Shown here: positions 25,516 to 38,925 of the stretch, one piece after another
Layout of the letters: the number at the start of each line of letters is the position of its first letter
How positions within the stretch are numbered: the first letter of the stretch is position 1
Source of the DNA: Eledone cirrhosa
Taxonomy: Eukaryota
Direction: 5' to 3'
Length of the DNA stretch: 64,000 nucleotides
NCBI GenBank assembly: GCA_964016885.1
Contig: OZ024747.1
Coordinates: 39,618,001-39,682,000 of the forward strand
The notes under the pieces: model-generated
Seen by the model: the letters and a program-made list of their open reading frames with translations, nothing else
What the model was told of the DNA's origin: nothing
The model's database searches: none
Program-made: the position numbers and the translations under genes

Positions 25516-28140
25516 CGGCGCTGCCGGTGGTGGAAGTCTTCGTGAGGGGGAAGCCACAGCGAGCCCTCGTGGATACGGGCTGTACGACGACACTGGTGAC
25601 CGCGGGGGTGGCGCAGAGGTGGGGAGGGAAGAGCAGCGCAAGGGCAGTCGACGGCAGGAAAATTGAATGCCGAGGGCGCAGCGAGATGGAAATAGCGGTA
25701 CGGGGAAGGACGATAAGGCTTTCCGCCATCGTGGTAGATAGTGTGGTGGATGGGATCGGCGTGGTTATGGGCATGGACGCGATTGGCCGTCTAGGGGGCG
25801 TCACGGTGAACAATGTCGGTGTGTCGTTTGGCGCCGCTGCATCGGTATGCGCTGTGAGTGCACGTCATGAGAACCAGAAGGCCCACGAGGGGCAATACCC
25901 CGCTTACACTGTACAGGACAAGGACTTCAAGGCCGTGTTTGATGGGCAGCGATGGGTTGTTGAGTGGTACTGGAAGGGAGAACCACCAACACTGAAGACC
26001 AAAGTGGGCTGCTATCAACACACATTGAAGGGAAACGCTAGGGGCGAGTTCGAGCGAGAAGTAGAGAGATGGATCGAAGAGGGCATACTGCCCCTGGAAG
26101 GAGGAGGTGAAGTGCGGAGTATTGTCGTTGATGGCGGTGGTGCAACCCACGAAGAGCAAGGTGAGGCCGGTGCTGGACTACCGAGAGCTGAACGAGCACG
26201 TGTCATTCCACACGGGTGGCGAGGTCACGGATGTCTGTGGGGAAACCCTGCGTGAGTGGAGACGCATGACGGGGGGTTCAGCGATCGTGGATCTAAAGTC
26301 GGCTTACTTGCAGTTGCATATAGATGAGAAGCTCTGGTCAGGTATCAGCTGGTCAGGTATAAGGGCCGGACATATTGCCTGACCAGGCTCGGTTTCGGGC
26401 TGAGCTCCGCACCGAAGATCATGGCGGCGGTCCTCAATACCGCTCTGGGGAAGGCCGACAAGATAAAGAGGGCTACTAACTCCTACATTGACGACATCCT
26501 AGTGGACGAGTCGGTGGTGTCGACGGCGGAGGTCACGAGCCATTTGCGGAGGTATGGACTGACTGCGAAGCCATCAGAAGCATTGGAGGGAGGACCCGCG
26601 CTGGGACTTAGGCTACGGCGAGATAAGACGGGCGTTTTGGTGTTCCAGAGGGGAAACGAAGTTCCGGAACTGGGCCCAAGTATGAATAGGCGGGAGCTTT
26701 TCTCGGTGTGTGGAAAGCTGGTGGGTCACTACCCGATCGCTGGGTGGCTCCGGACGGCAGGCAGCTATGTCAAGAGACGAGCGGGAGGGGTGACTTGGAG
26801 TGACAGAGTGGGAGAGAGAACGGTGGCCATGATGCAGGAGATCGTGGGGAGGGTGAAGGCCGACGACCCAGTGCGGGGACGCTGGTACGTTCCCAAATCA
26901 CGGAGCGCGACCGTATAGTGCGATGCCAGCAGCATATCGCTGGGTGTCACGTTGGAGATAGGAGGTTTTGAGGTCGAGGATGCAGCCTGGCTTAGAAAGA
27001 AGGACGATTGCAGCCACATCAATGTGGCCGAGCTGGACGCGGTGTTGAGAGGGGTGAACCTCGCCCTGCGGTGGGGGCTGCGCACTATCGAGATACGCAC
27101 CGACTTGGCTACCGTACTCGGATGGGTAAGATCAGTGCTCACCAGTGAGAAGAGAGTGCGAACGAGAGGCGCGGCGGAGATGCTGATAAAGCGCCGCCTG
27201 GGAACGTTAGGAGAGCTGGCCACCGAGTTCGACCTGAAGCTGAGCGTAGTGTTCGTGCCTTCAGAGAAAAATAGGGCGGACATCTTAACTAGAGTGAAGA
27301 AAGCCTGGATGGAAGCGCCGGAGGAGGTAGAGGATGAGATAGCTGCCGTGTGTCGGCTGACGGAGTTAGACCTGAAGGGGATGCATGACATGCACCACAT
27401 GGGGGTGGATAGGAGCCTGTTCCTAGCCAGGAGAATCGACTCGGACGTTAGCAGACACAGTGTTCGGGGGGTAGTTAGAGGCTGCGTCCGATGTCAGTCC
27501 ATTGATCCCGCCCCGGGTGTACACGAAACGGGAAGCCTCCCGGTGGATCGCGACTGGAAGCGATTAGCGGTGGATGTGACGCACTACCGGCAGGGAACGT
27601 ACCTCTTGATGGTCGACTGTGGACCGGGTCGAATGGCGATATGGAGGGAGATGAAGACTGGAACGGCCGAGGAAATCGTGCGGACGTTGAGAGAGGTGTT
27701 CTTGGAGCGGGGCCCTGTGGATGAACTGCTGATGGACAACAGCGCAGCGTTCCGCTCGGAGGCACTGAGCGGGATGCTCGATGGATGGAAGGTGGACCGT
27801 TTCTTCAGAGCGGCGCACAGGCCGAGCGGGAATGGAATCGTGGAGCGACACCACCGGACGATCAAGGCAATGGCGGAGCGGGGCCACATCTCACCAATGG
27901 AGGCAGTGTTCTGGTACAATATGTCCCCTCGGGTTGGACAGGTCGAGGAATCGGTGCCACACAGAGCAGTATTCAAATACGAGTGGCGGCACCCGTGCAC
28001 GCCACCACAACGGCCAGTGGGGAGAGAGAGTGCATTCGTGCAGGTGGGCGAGAAGTCTGGGTTAAGCCCCCAGATGCACGGTGCACATCTCAATGGGGAA
28101 GGGGAACGGTGACGGCCGTAAATTCAAAGAACAATGTGTC
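25470..28140 (+). pseudogene. pol: Pol (protease, RT, RNase H, integrase), disrupted
   Basis: LVDTG, VDLKSAY, YIDD, CDAS, AEL, HxxxH..C..C, DVTH/DNS/VERHH; several frameshifts and a stop. Confidence 0.9.
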
Positions 28141-28279
28141 CGCTTTTTCTAACCACAGTATATATAGTGTATTTTGCAATACACTGTATGCTTAATTAAA
28201 AGCATTTTGAAGACCATACGCTATTGTTTTAAAGTAGCGACATTGTCGCTTACTTAAATTTTCGGCAGGCAGGGAGAGA

Positions 28280-28326
28280 TAAGTTGACAGCGCTGTTTCG
28301 TACTCTTTGGTACATGTCAATACTCA
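28280..28326 (-). ncRNA. U3:A8 hammerhead (inverted copy, A9 mutated)
   Basis: Minus strand: TTGACAT GTAC CAAAGA GTAC GAA ACAGCGCTGT C AACTTA. Confidence 0.7.
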
Positions 28327-28553
28327 GTACTCTCCCCGTTTTCAAAATGCTTTTAATTAAGCATAGTGTATTGCAAAATTGGTGCTCTGAAATAGCGATA
28401 TACATTCATATATATATCGCTATTTGAGAGCACCAATTCTAATTTTCAATTTCTGCTGGGCCGGCGACCGCTCTGTAAAATCAGTTCCTGATTGATACTG
28501 GAATTCTATAAGAATCCAACACATCATTTTCGGCAGACGTGTTTTCGGCAGAC

Positions 28554-28600
28554 TGAGTTTTGACAATTACCAATTAGTACGAAACAGCGCTGTCAACTTA
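28554..28600 (+). ncRNA. U3:A8 hammerhead
   Basis: TGAGTT TTGACAA TTAC CAATTA GTAC GAA ACAGCGCTGT C AACTTA. Confidence 0.78.
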
Positions 28601-28740
28601 TCTCCCCCTGTCTGCCGAAAATTTAAGTAAGCGACAAAGTCGCTATTTTAAAACAATAGCGTATGGTCTTCAAAAGGCTTTTAATTAAGCATGCAGTGTA
28701 TTGCAAAATACACTATATATACATTCATATATATATCGCT

Positions 28741-29894
28741 TTAGTGTTGGTGTAGAGCAGTGATATCAGGTCCACTAACTTCTTGGGGATTCCATAAGCC
28801 TGTAAGAAAACCATGACCGCAGGAAGGCACTTTGCTCTAGCTCCCTCTAATATCCTCCTCAGCATCAGGATGTGACTGGTGGTTGATCTTCCCTATCTGA
28901 AGCCGTTCTGGTTGTCCCTGAGCTTCTTCTCCATCTCAGGCTGGATCCTGTTAAGAATCATCCAGTTGAGGGTCTTTTCCACAAGTGACGTCAGTGAGAT
29001 TCCCCTGTAGTTGTTGGTGTTAGAGAGATCTCGCTTATTTGGCACTGGGACGATGTTACTAATCCTCCACTGATTCGGGGCAACTCCTTTCTCCAGTGCC
29101 TGGTTACAGAACCCCAGGATGATATCATCAAAATCACACCTCTTCATCACCTCTGATTCCACTCCATCTTCTCCATGAGTCTTATCCTCCTTGATCTTCT
29201 TCTTGGCTCTCTAAAGATCCTCTCTGGTGAAGTGCTCTGTCTCAATATTCAGTTCTTGAAACAGCCGCCTGATCTCCCCAGTGCTCTGGGCTGTGTAGGG
29301 CGGCTCTCCTCGTAGGGTCCTAAAATGGTCATTTCCTCTTCCTATCCTCAGGTCCTGTTCCCTGGATCTGACTCGAACACCTACTCTTCCTCCCTGTTAT
29401 CTGGTTGATGATCATCCAGCTCTCCTTACATCCAGACCTGTGAAACGCTCTCTCCACAATTTTTATCTTCTCTATCAGTGCCTCCTCTCTGGCCTCAGAG
29501 TTCTTCCCTCATCACCTCCACAGTCTCCATCTTCTCCTCCGTAGGATCAGCATAGAATTGCTCCTTGGCAGCTTTTAGGTGTTCCCTGGCTGCACACACT
29601 TTTTTGTCTGCAGAGCTGACGTGCTTCCTTTTGTTCTTTCTCCTCGGCACCAAGGTCTCACTTGCTTCCGCCACTGCATTGGTGAAGTGCCCGTACCTCC
29701 TCGTCACACTCTCCTAAGTCCATCCAATCTCTCTCACCTCTGTCTCTCCACACAGAGCACTGAACCTGTTCCTCACTTCCACTGTGAACCTCTCCTGTAG
29801 CTTATCATATTCCTTGAAAGCTCTCCAGTCATAGATTGCTCTCCGGGGCTGAGCCTTGCTCTTTCTTAAGCTCACCCGGACCTCACTCATAACA
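28741..29894 (-). pseudogene. RTE/RTEX LINE, inverted upstream segment
   Basis: QWRISNIVPVP, NYRGISLTS, NQNGFR, AYGIPKKLVDLISLLYTNT. Confidence 0.85.
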
Positions 29895-30785
29895 AGCCCA
29901 AGTCATTACACCTGATGGGATGACAGGGTGCTTTGAGATACTGGCTGGAGTGCTGCAGGGAGATACATTGACTCCCTACCTTTTTATCACCGTAGTGGAC
30001 TATTGTATGCGCCTTGCACTGGAGAAACACCAGGACTCTGGCTTTACTGTAGCACCCGCTCAGAGCAGGAGAGTTAAGGCGAAACAGATATCGGATGCTG
30101 AATTTGCCGACGACATAGTTTTGGTGACGAATACAGTGAAGGAGGTAGAGTATTTGATGCAGGAGTTTGAGACCGTGTCGATGAGTGTGGGGCTGAGAAT
30201 GAATGAGACTAAAATAAAATATCTGGTAGAGAATGTTGAGAAGCCAGAGGGGATCACTAATGTTGGCCGGAAGCCGCTAGAATTGGTTGAGGACGTCCTG
30301 TAGTTGGGAGTAAAGATTGGGAATACGGAAGATGATGTGGTTCAGAGGAAGAGCAAAGCCTGCGCGGCATGCCTCAGCTTGAGATCAGACCTGAAAATCC
30401 GCCTCTTCATTGCTGTAGTGGAGTATGTGCTGCTGTACGGTTCTGAGACTTGGACACTGACCAAGAAACCCACTCAGATGGTGGATGGGTGCTACGCGAG
30501 AATGCTGAGGATGGCTCTGAACATTAATTAGTATACACTGAGGATGAAAAACTCAGAGCTGTATGGGAGCCTCTCAAAAGTTAGCTCAAATGTGACACAG
30601 AGTAGATTGAGGTTAGCTGGACATGCCCACCGACATCCAGAGTTGACATTGCATTTAGTGCTCCTGTGGGAGCCCCATACATGGACACACTGGAAGATGA
30701 AGACCAATGTTAAAGTATGTTGATGGCCTAAGGACAGACACTGGTCTGTTGGAGACGCAGGACATGGCAGCGATAATTAGGGACA
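29895..30785 (+). pseudogene. RTE/RTEX LINE, non-inverted 3' segment
   Basis: AQVITPDG, GVLQGDTLTPYLF, FADD, LLYGSETW, RLRLAGH. Confidence 0.85.
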
Positions 30786-30889
30786 CAATTTCTGCTGGAC
30801 CGGCGACCGCTCTGTAAAATCAGTTCCTGATTGTTACTGGAATTCTATAAGAATCCAACAGACATCATTTTCGGCAGACGGGAGAGTAC

Positions 30890-30936
30890 TGAGTTTTGAC
30901 AAGTACCAATTAGTACGAAACAGCGTTGTCAACTTA
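30890..30936 (+). ncRNA. U3:A8 hammerhead (best-preserved copy)
   Basis: TGAGTT TTGACAA GTAC CAATTA GTAC GAAAC AGCGTT GTC AACTTA. Confidence 0.82.
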
Positions 30937-31049
30937 GCTCCCCCTGTCTGCCGAAAGTTTAAGTAAGCGACAATGTCGCTACTTTAAAACAATAGCGTAT
31001 GGTCTTCAAAATGCTTTTAATTAAGCATAGAGTGTATTGCAAAATACAC

Positions 31050-31090
<41 letters not shown>

Positions 31091-31228
31091 CTATATATAT
31101 ATATATGTGTCTATATACATATATATACCCATGATGGCGTGGAAGGTAGACGTTAAACGACAATGATGATGATGTATGTATGTATGTGTATATATATATA
31201 TACGTATATATGTATATATATATATGTA

Positions 31229-31278
<50 letters not shown>

Positions 31279-31303
31279 TGTTTGTGTGTATATATATAAT
31301 AGT

Positions 31304-31415
31304 AATTGTTTCTACTATTGGCACAAGGCCAGCAATTACCCAGTACATTACTTGTACTTTATTTTATCGACCCCGTAAGGATGAAAGGCAAAGTTAACCT
31401 CGGTGGGATTTGAAC
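31304..31415 (-). mobile_element. SINE (Nin-like), partial
   Basis: Reverse complement of the 17985 family. Confidence 0.8.
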
Positions 31416-31785
31416 TATTATATATTATATATTATTATTACTATTTTATAGGGCGGTGGATTGGCAGTATCGGTAGATATTATCTTTTATTGTCTCCTAC
31501 TCTCATTCGATTTATCTATTCTATAACCTCCCTCCCCCACTTCATACACTATCTTTAGAATCTGCTGTATACATGCCACTTTCAACGCTTGACCGCTCCA
31601 CTCAAACCTTTATTGTTTTACAAGCAAGTTCAGCCACCCTTACCTCCCACCAAATGCCATGATAGACTTATTTGTGTTTACAACAAATTTTAACCAATCC
31701 TCTTGACAACTACAATCTTCAAATATAAGGAAGTACCCCCCTTGACAAGTTCGCTATTTATTCACCAGGCTAAAAATTCTAATTT

Positions 31786-32023
<238 letters not shown>

Positions 32024-32169
32024 TAAAATAACAGATTAAAGTTTAAACAAAGAATCGCTGCTTTCCCTCTTATCGGGATCTTGTAAAAGGTAAACGGAAA
32101 TAACAACACAATCGGTACAGTATATGGAAGATATATATTAGGTTAAAGCTTGATATAGCAGAAAGGGGG

Positions 32170-32205
32170 CCTTAACGTTTCGGACGCTAATCTTTCATCA
32201 GAAGA
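32170..32205 (-). ncRNA. Minimal hammerhead (11532 family)
   Basis: Minus strand: TCTT CTGATGA AAGATTAGCGTCC GAAAC GTT AAGG. Confidence 0.7.
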
Positions 32206-32460
32206 AAGAATGAGAAATAAAATAGATTGAGGGGACGTGCGGAATGGAATTGGAAAAAATGTGTTTAGATAAAAATAACAGGTCCATTCATGTTGACATC
32301 TCTTGGAAAGCTGTTGGTGCTGGCGTTTTGTGTATGATTTGATTTTTAGAAAAGTGGATGATGGCAGGCGGCTACCTGAAATGGAAAAAGAACCGTTTTG
32401 TAAAAAGATAAAAAGAGCTATACTTGAGCACATGTGTAAGCATGTGTATGTGTGTGTGTG

Positions 32461-32507
<47 letters not shown>

Positions 32508-35500
32508 GGGGGTGCGTGTGTGTATACACCTGGGTATATGTAAATATATATTCATATATGCGTGAGAGTTTTAGCTTGTTTGTGTATGTGTGTAACTTGT
32601 GTTTGAAAATGTATATGCAATTATTGGTAGAGCAATAAATGTCAGTGTGGGCTTGTGTATCTGCCTTGTGAATGTGTCTTCACACGTTCACGTACTGAAA
32701 GCATTTGTGTAAGTGTATGGTTGTGTATGCAGCGTCAATTTTGTTCTAAATGTATCCAAATTGTCAGCGAATGCAAATTTGTTAGAAATAGAAATTTGCT
32801 CTGCTGTCTATATTCAGACAGAATTTTCAATATCGATCAAGTTTCAATTGGTGATAAAGAGAATTATGAGCGTTCTTTTTCTCGATCAAATTTAACGGAA
32901 TGGAAATAGAGATAAAATTTAAATCCCAGCATTATAATAAAGTTAATGAAGAATGCCGTTAGAATTATGAAATACCATTGTATTATAACTTTGGAAATAT
33001 ACTCCAATCTTATTTGTTATAATATTCTCTACTTTCTTGTTACTTGCACGATGAAATTTTGCAAAGCTATAGAGATAAGTATTTTACAGCGCATAAGAAG
33101 CACGTCATAGGTTGACTGTCTATATTAGATATTCATCTAATGTAGACAGTCAGCCTATGACACAATCCTACGCATTCTAGAAAAACATATTTTCATTTAG
33201 ATAAAACATTGTACTTAATTGCTTAAATGTAAGTGGCTTAAAGGAAAAATTGACCCCGGTATTATTTGAATTCAGAATCTAACCTAAACATATATCTCTA
33301 TAGATCAAGTTGATATGATCGATATTCTCTGAGCAGAAATAACACTTTAAATTAGTTTCCTGAAGAACTGTTAATAGCTTTACAACACATTGTCATCAGT
33401 TTCAACAATTAATTCATCAATGGCAATTTCTTCACGTCAAACAAATTGCCATTTTGTTTCCGTGGTACAGTTGAAATATACAGTCTAGACTGGGGTGTAA
33501 CCACGCCGTTCTTCCACCCTTCCCCTTACTTTCATTGTTTATTGCAAACATATAATTTAATTGAAATTTGTTGAACAAAATGCTTTCCATTACTTTTAGT
33601 AATAAATAGATAAATATTAAGAGAAAATGTGAGATAGAAAGAGAGACAATATATATATGTACATATATATATATATAAATAAATATTCATCGAGAATCGC
33701 ATTTTCGGCGGGCAGGAAAAGCGAAGCGAAACGCAAAAATCAGAAATGATACTGGCAAAGTGCTCAATAGTTAAAATCCAGAGCTAAACAATGTGTTAAG
33801 AAGCCATACAAAATTGAAAAGGTGGTCAGGAAAGCATTAACCACCCAAGCCAATATATATTTATATATATATATATATATTATTTAGAAAAAAAAAATAA
33901 TAATAATAATAAGTTGACGAGACTAGCATGGGTTTCACTGCTAGAACCGGCTCATCTCAGCGTACTCAATGTTAAGTAAACTCCCAGTGTAGATAAATAC
34001 TTATTCGCTTTAATACTACACACGTAAATGGGTACCCTTCAATCTATACCCGAACTTGATTTTCTGCCACACTTAATGCAGCAATAGTGTGCACAGCATC
34101 CTCTGTTTGCATTTATGATGCGCATGTGGTTTCATCAGCGGGTTTCGCCTAATCAATAACCAATCGATCGACAGAATTCGATTCCAGTTCGTGCCGGCTA
34201 TGACTGAATGTGACGGTCAACACGGTAAATCATTGGCCACTGAAATCCCTACGCGTCATCCCAATGCCGTCAGTCGTCTGGGCATTGATTCAGAAAAGTA
34301 TGTGACGGCAGGAGACGAAATTCAAATAGTTCAACTCCTACCATAAGCACTCAGCCAACGTGTCTCAAACACAAATTAACAAGATACATAAGCTATCTTG
34401 CAGTAGGTTCAGCATTGTTTTCATTAACCTTTATCCACGCATATCCTGCATAAAACACATACATACACATGCACCAAAGATATATATATATATATAAGGA
34501 GAGAGAAAGAATTAATTATTGAAATTTTGTTTCAACAAGATGCATTGGAGACTGATTGATCTTGTTAATCCTGCAAAACTGGACCGGGGAAAATGTATTG
34601 CTTGCTCGGATGTGTTACTGATTTCTGTAATGTCACACATCGATTGAGAAGCAAAATCACATTTGTCAATTAATTCGATAATTAATCACCACACACTCGC
34701 ATAGCTATATAATTTCCTCTTAATAGTTGGGATAAATTTGGTAAAAAGTAAACGTTCTCAACACGTTGTCTATCAATCCCTCTTACCATATTCCCACTCC
34801 TTTCCACCAGCCCCTCAGTTCCACTTCCCTTTTATTCCCCCACCCCCTCTATACATTTTCCTCTTCCGAAACGTTGCGCCCGATGATGAGCGATTTTATC
34901 AAATATTCACTTTGATGTCTAGACAGAGTTGCATTTCAAGATAATTAAATCTCTAATAGCATACATATTTAACTAGATATATTGTCTAAAATGTTTACAT
35001 GTTAACACTATCTCTGGCACTATATGCAATTTTTATGTTTTGCATTGCTGCAACAATGATATCACTGAGACATAATTAAAATACTCATCTGCCCTACCCC
35101 CAGGAAGTAGACTACTTTAATCATATTATTGATAAACAAGAGAATTAGTGTAGCTAACTTACCAAATATTTTGCAGCTTTGTATTTTGTGTTTTTTTTAT
35201 AACACTGTAAACTACATCTATATTTATTATTGTTATTATGGATCTAAATATTTTACTCTAAATCGGAAACGATTATTATTCTTGTTGTTTTTTTTTTCGG
35301 CTGCGATTTGGCAGACGCTTTAATGTTTCGTATTGAATGATTTGCTGTATGCAATTACAGTTGATAAAATATTATACCAATCAATTACTAAGGTTTGCTT
35401 ACTTTTCTATCAATTCCCATAGGGTTGATAAACTATAGTACCAGCAAAGTACTCGTGTTGACTTAATCGACTAACCTTTCTTTTTAGATATTTGACAATA

Positions 35501-37323
35501 TGCCAAAAACATTATGTTCAATTTTTTGGTAGTTTCTTGACATTTTTGAAATTTCCATTTCCCTCTTTCAGTTTGCCGACGGCCTTTCTTATTTGCATAT
35601 TTGAAGAACGCTCCTAGGTACATTTTTCCTAACCAGTTTGTTCTCATAAATTTATTTTGTTTGTCTTACGTCATTTTTAGTTGTATCTCTTTATTATTCT
35701 TACAGACGATATCTTTGTTATTTGACAGTACAGAAACCTATTCCATGCACATTTTCCTTCTTCATAACTTTTTATGATATCTGTTTAACCACGGGGACGT
35801 AACTTCATTATTTTGGGGGTTTAGCTTGCGTATCTTACTCAAATATTTCTTTAAATAAATCCCTTGCTTCCAAGATGCATTTATTTCCTTTACAGATTGT
35901 TCCTGCATTTGTGAATGACTTTCTAAGTGTTGTGCTATTATGTTTGCAATTATTTGGTTATGTGTTGTTCATATAACAAGTTGACTAATATTCAATGGTT
36001 CCTCAACTTTCCAATTTTCAACAATGGTTTCAATGAATCGTATTTCATGATGCGTTATATTCAGCCTAAATTGTTCTCTTGTGCTAGTAACAATATGTAT
36101 GTCGTGCTGCAAATGGTTACTTGATATGAATAAGAAAGCTGTGGATTTCAACTACAAATCCTTAGCTGTATAATTTCTCCGATCAATTATGAAGAATCTA
36201 TTCCGTATAAAATTATGATTGTAATTTTCAAGTTTGGTTTCTTCCTGCAATGTTAAGCTCTCGTTATTTCCATTGTATTAATCCTGTTATTATCTTATAT
36301 TCAGTGTCCTCAGCCCAGTCAAGCAAATGTTCGTCATTGTGTAAATTGATTTCGGTGTTATTCAATTTTTTTCATAACATTTGCTACATTTATATTATTT
36401 ATTACCAATTCATCTTTGTGTGATATCTATTCAGCTGATTCAAGTTTAATTTCCAAATGTGGGCGTTTTGGTTATTTCTGATTAAATCTAAGCGAATGTG
36501 GCTGGTGTTTAGCCACGTCAACGAGGATTGCTTACTTTTTAAATAAAGGCTTCTCATCCATAATGATCTTGTCTCCTTCGATAGATATCGAACTACATTT
36601 CCAGTATGTACGTTTCTTAGGATCGTAGTGATTCTAAGGAAATTTTACTGCACGTTTAGGGACCTCATGAATCCTATCCCACTGTCTCATGTAAAGAGAT
36701 TACGGGGTTAAAATTCGTACTAAATATAAGAATTTACCTGTCTTAGTATGAGAGCTATGATGTAGGATTATTCAATTATTCATTGCCCAATTAAAATTGT
36801 GGACATTACTTATGGACAGCTCTGGATATATATCTATCATATTATATTGTTGTATTGATTCTATTAAACATCATTTTAGGTTGCATATTATTGCACTGCT
36901 TTGTATTTCTATTACATAATCGTTACATACTCTGCAGTTATATTTATCACATCGATCATTGCATATTCTACCAAAATGTATGGCATTGCATTTATTAAAT
37001 AGTCCTACAAAATATGTCCTAAGGGTATATTTTTTTGTTTTATTTTTCCTGTAAGACTGTTATGTCTTCTCTAGCTGAGGAATTCTCAATTTCATTATTG
37101 GTTTGTAAATTATTTCACTATGTTGGCTTTGTTCCTCTTGTAATATTTTGCATTGCTTATAGTCCTTGCATTATAAAAGCCTGGATGTTTATTGCATGTG
37201 TATAGCATTGCATATATTGAAAAAATTATTTTACATTTACATTCGATGGTAATATTGTATTATCATCAATACTCACATACAGACACACAGACAGACAGAC
37301 AGGCAGTCAGACACACACGCACA

Positions 37324-37444
<121 letters not shown>

Positions 37445-37449
37445 TCTAC

Positions 37450-37519
<70 letters not shown>

Positions 37520-37952
37520 GAAATAAAAGTTAAGACCGAACTTTCACAATATTATTATGTAAATTCTGTCTTAAAGTTTATTTCATACATGGTAACTCCG
37601 CTACGTTTGATACGCCGCTTTACGCTGGATAGATACAATTAACGTGGAGTGTTCTTAAACTGTTTATAAACGAGACGTCATAACACAGCTCTTACGGATA
37701 AACAGCACAGTATTCAGAAACTATATATATATATATATATATATATTATCAAGAAAATGAAAAATCAGTGACGCATGTGGTCTTAGTTTATTTCGTGTTA
37801 CAAATGTTTCGCCGGCATGCAGCTCGAGTCATTGTCCTTGTATGGATCTGGCTGATTCTACTTCTGCGGTTTCTTTCAGCCACGGGTGTTATGTTCGGAG
37901 CAAATTTTATCAGATTTTATAGCTACCACTATACACAAATATATATATATAA

Positions 37953-37982
<30 letters not shown>

Positions 37983-37990
<8 letters not shown>

Positions 37991-38371
37991 GTAAAAGGAA
38001 AAGAAAATGCTGACAAATTGTTCCCAGTGAAAAATAGTTTAATTAGGAATAAGTAAAAATTAGTAATAATTATTGGTTAGTATTCAGTTTTAGTTTTAAG
38101 ATTTTACCTGTTGCGCATTTATAATGCTTTTCAAAAATAATTTTGAGATAGAGTACTCGTGATGTTTGCTCTAATCTGATTAGAGCAAACATCACGGGCG
38201 CTCTATCTCAAAATTATTTTTGAAAAGCATTAGAAATGCGCAACCGGTAAAATCTTAAAACTAAAACTGAATACTAACCAATACTTATTAGTAATTTTTA
38301 CTTATTCCTAATTAAACTATTTTTAACTGGGAACAATTTGTCAGCATTTTCTTTTCCTTTTACCAATATAT
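37983..38371. repeat. Palindrome, ~194-bp arms centred at 38177
   Basis: CTAATC T GATTAG centre; arms differ at several positions; preceded by (TA)n. Confidence 0.9.
38216..38253 (+). ncRNA. U3:A8 hammerhead-like motif with GCAA in place of GAAA (mirror at 38101-38138)
   Basis: ATTT TTGAAAA GCATT AGA AATGC GCA ACCGGT A AAAT. Confidence 0.6.
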
Positions 38372-38492
38372 CACCACTCGTGTGTTACACCTCTATTCTT
38401 TTAAAAATATATATATATATATCAACTTTTCAAATGCAAGTCGATGTTGAAAGGTATGTCGAATCTATTTATTTATAAGACTGTCTATATTG

Positions 38493-38558
38493 TATTTTGT
38501 CTGAAGAAGGCATAACATATTGCTAATATGATATCCCTGAAATATATATAATGAAATA
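38493..38558 (+). ncRNA. Minimal hammerhead (7203 family)
   Basis: TATTTTGT CTGAAGA AGGCATAACATAT...ATATGATATCCCT GAAA TATAT ATA ATGAAATA. Confidence 0.8.
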
Positions 38559-38685
38559 GATATGGTTTTATAAATATAATTTCCATTTATTTAATATCGT
38601 AAATATACTCCAAATACTTGTTGAGTGCTTTTATATCAGTTATAAGTATTTACTCGTTGTAACCCAACAATTTAAATATAACTTT

Positions 38686-38739
<54 letters not shown>

Positions 38740-38764
38740 GTATATAATATAATATATATAATTG

Positions 38765-38838
<74 letters not shown>

Positions 38839-38853
38839 CAATTATATATATTA

Positions 38854-38910
<57 letters not shown>

Positions 38911-38925
38911 CAATTATATATATTA

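Larger units (their letters stand above)
24408..28157 (+). mobile_element. Ty3/Gypsy LTR retrotransposon, 3' LTR almost entirely deleted
   Basis: Ends TGTGG...CCACA; GTATA target duplication at 24403-24407 and 28158-28162; order gag-PR-RT-RH-IN. Confidence 0.92.
24361..31052. mobile_element. Inverted plus tandem 319-nt HHR repeat (retrozyme-like), split by Gypsy and LINE insertions
   Basis: Minus copy 24361-24407 joined to 28163-28338; plus copies ~28400-28740 and 30786-31052. Confidence 0.8.

Noticed and set aside
24747-28195. Antisense and alternate-frame ORFs over the Gypsy element
   Set aside because: Expected by-products of GC-rich coding sequence.
33915-33965. Minus-strand HHR-like motif (also 37790-37835 and 55794-55840)
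   Set aside because: Multiple core mismatches; not supportable without a family consensus.
35500-36750. Possible degraded DNA-transposon coding sequence
   Set aside because: No diagnostic motif recognised.
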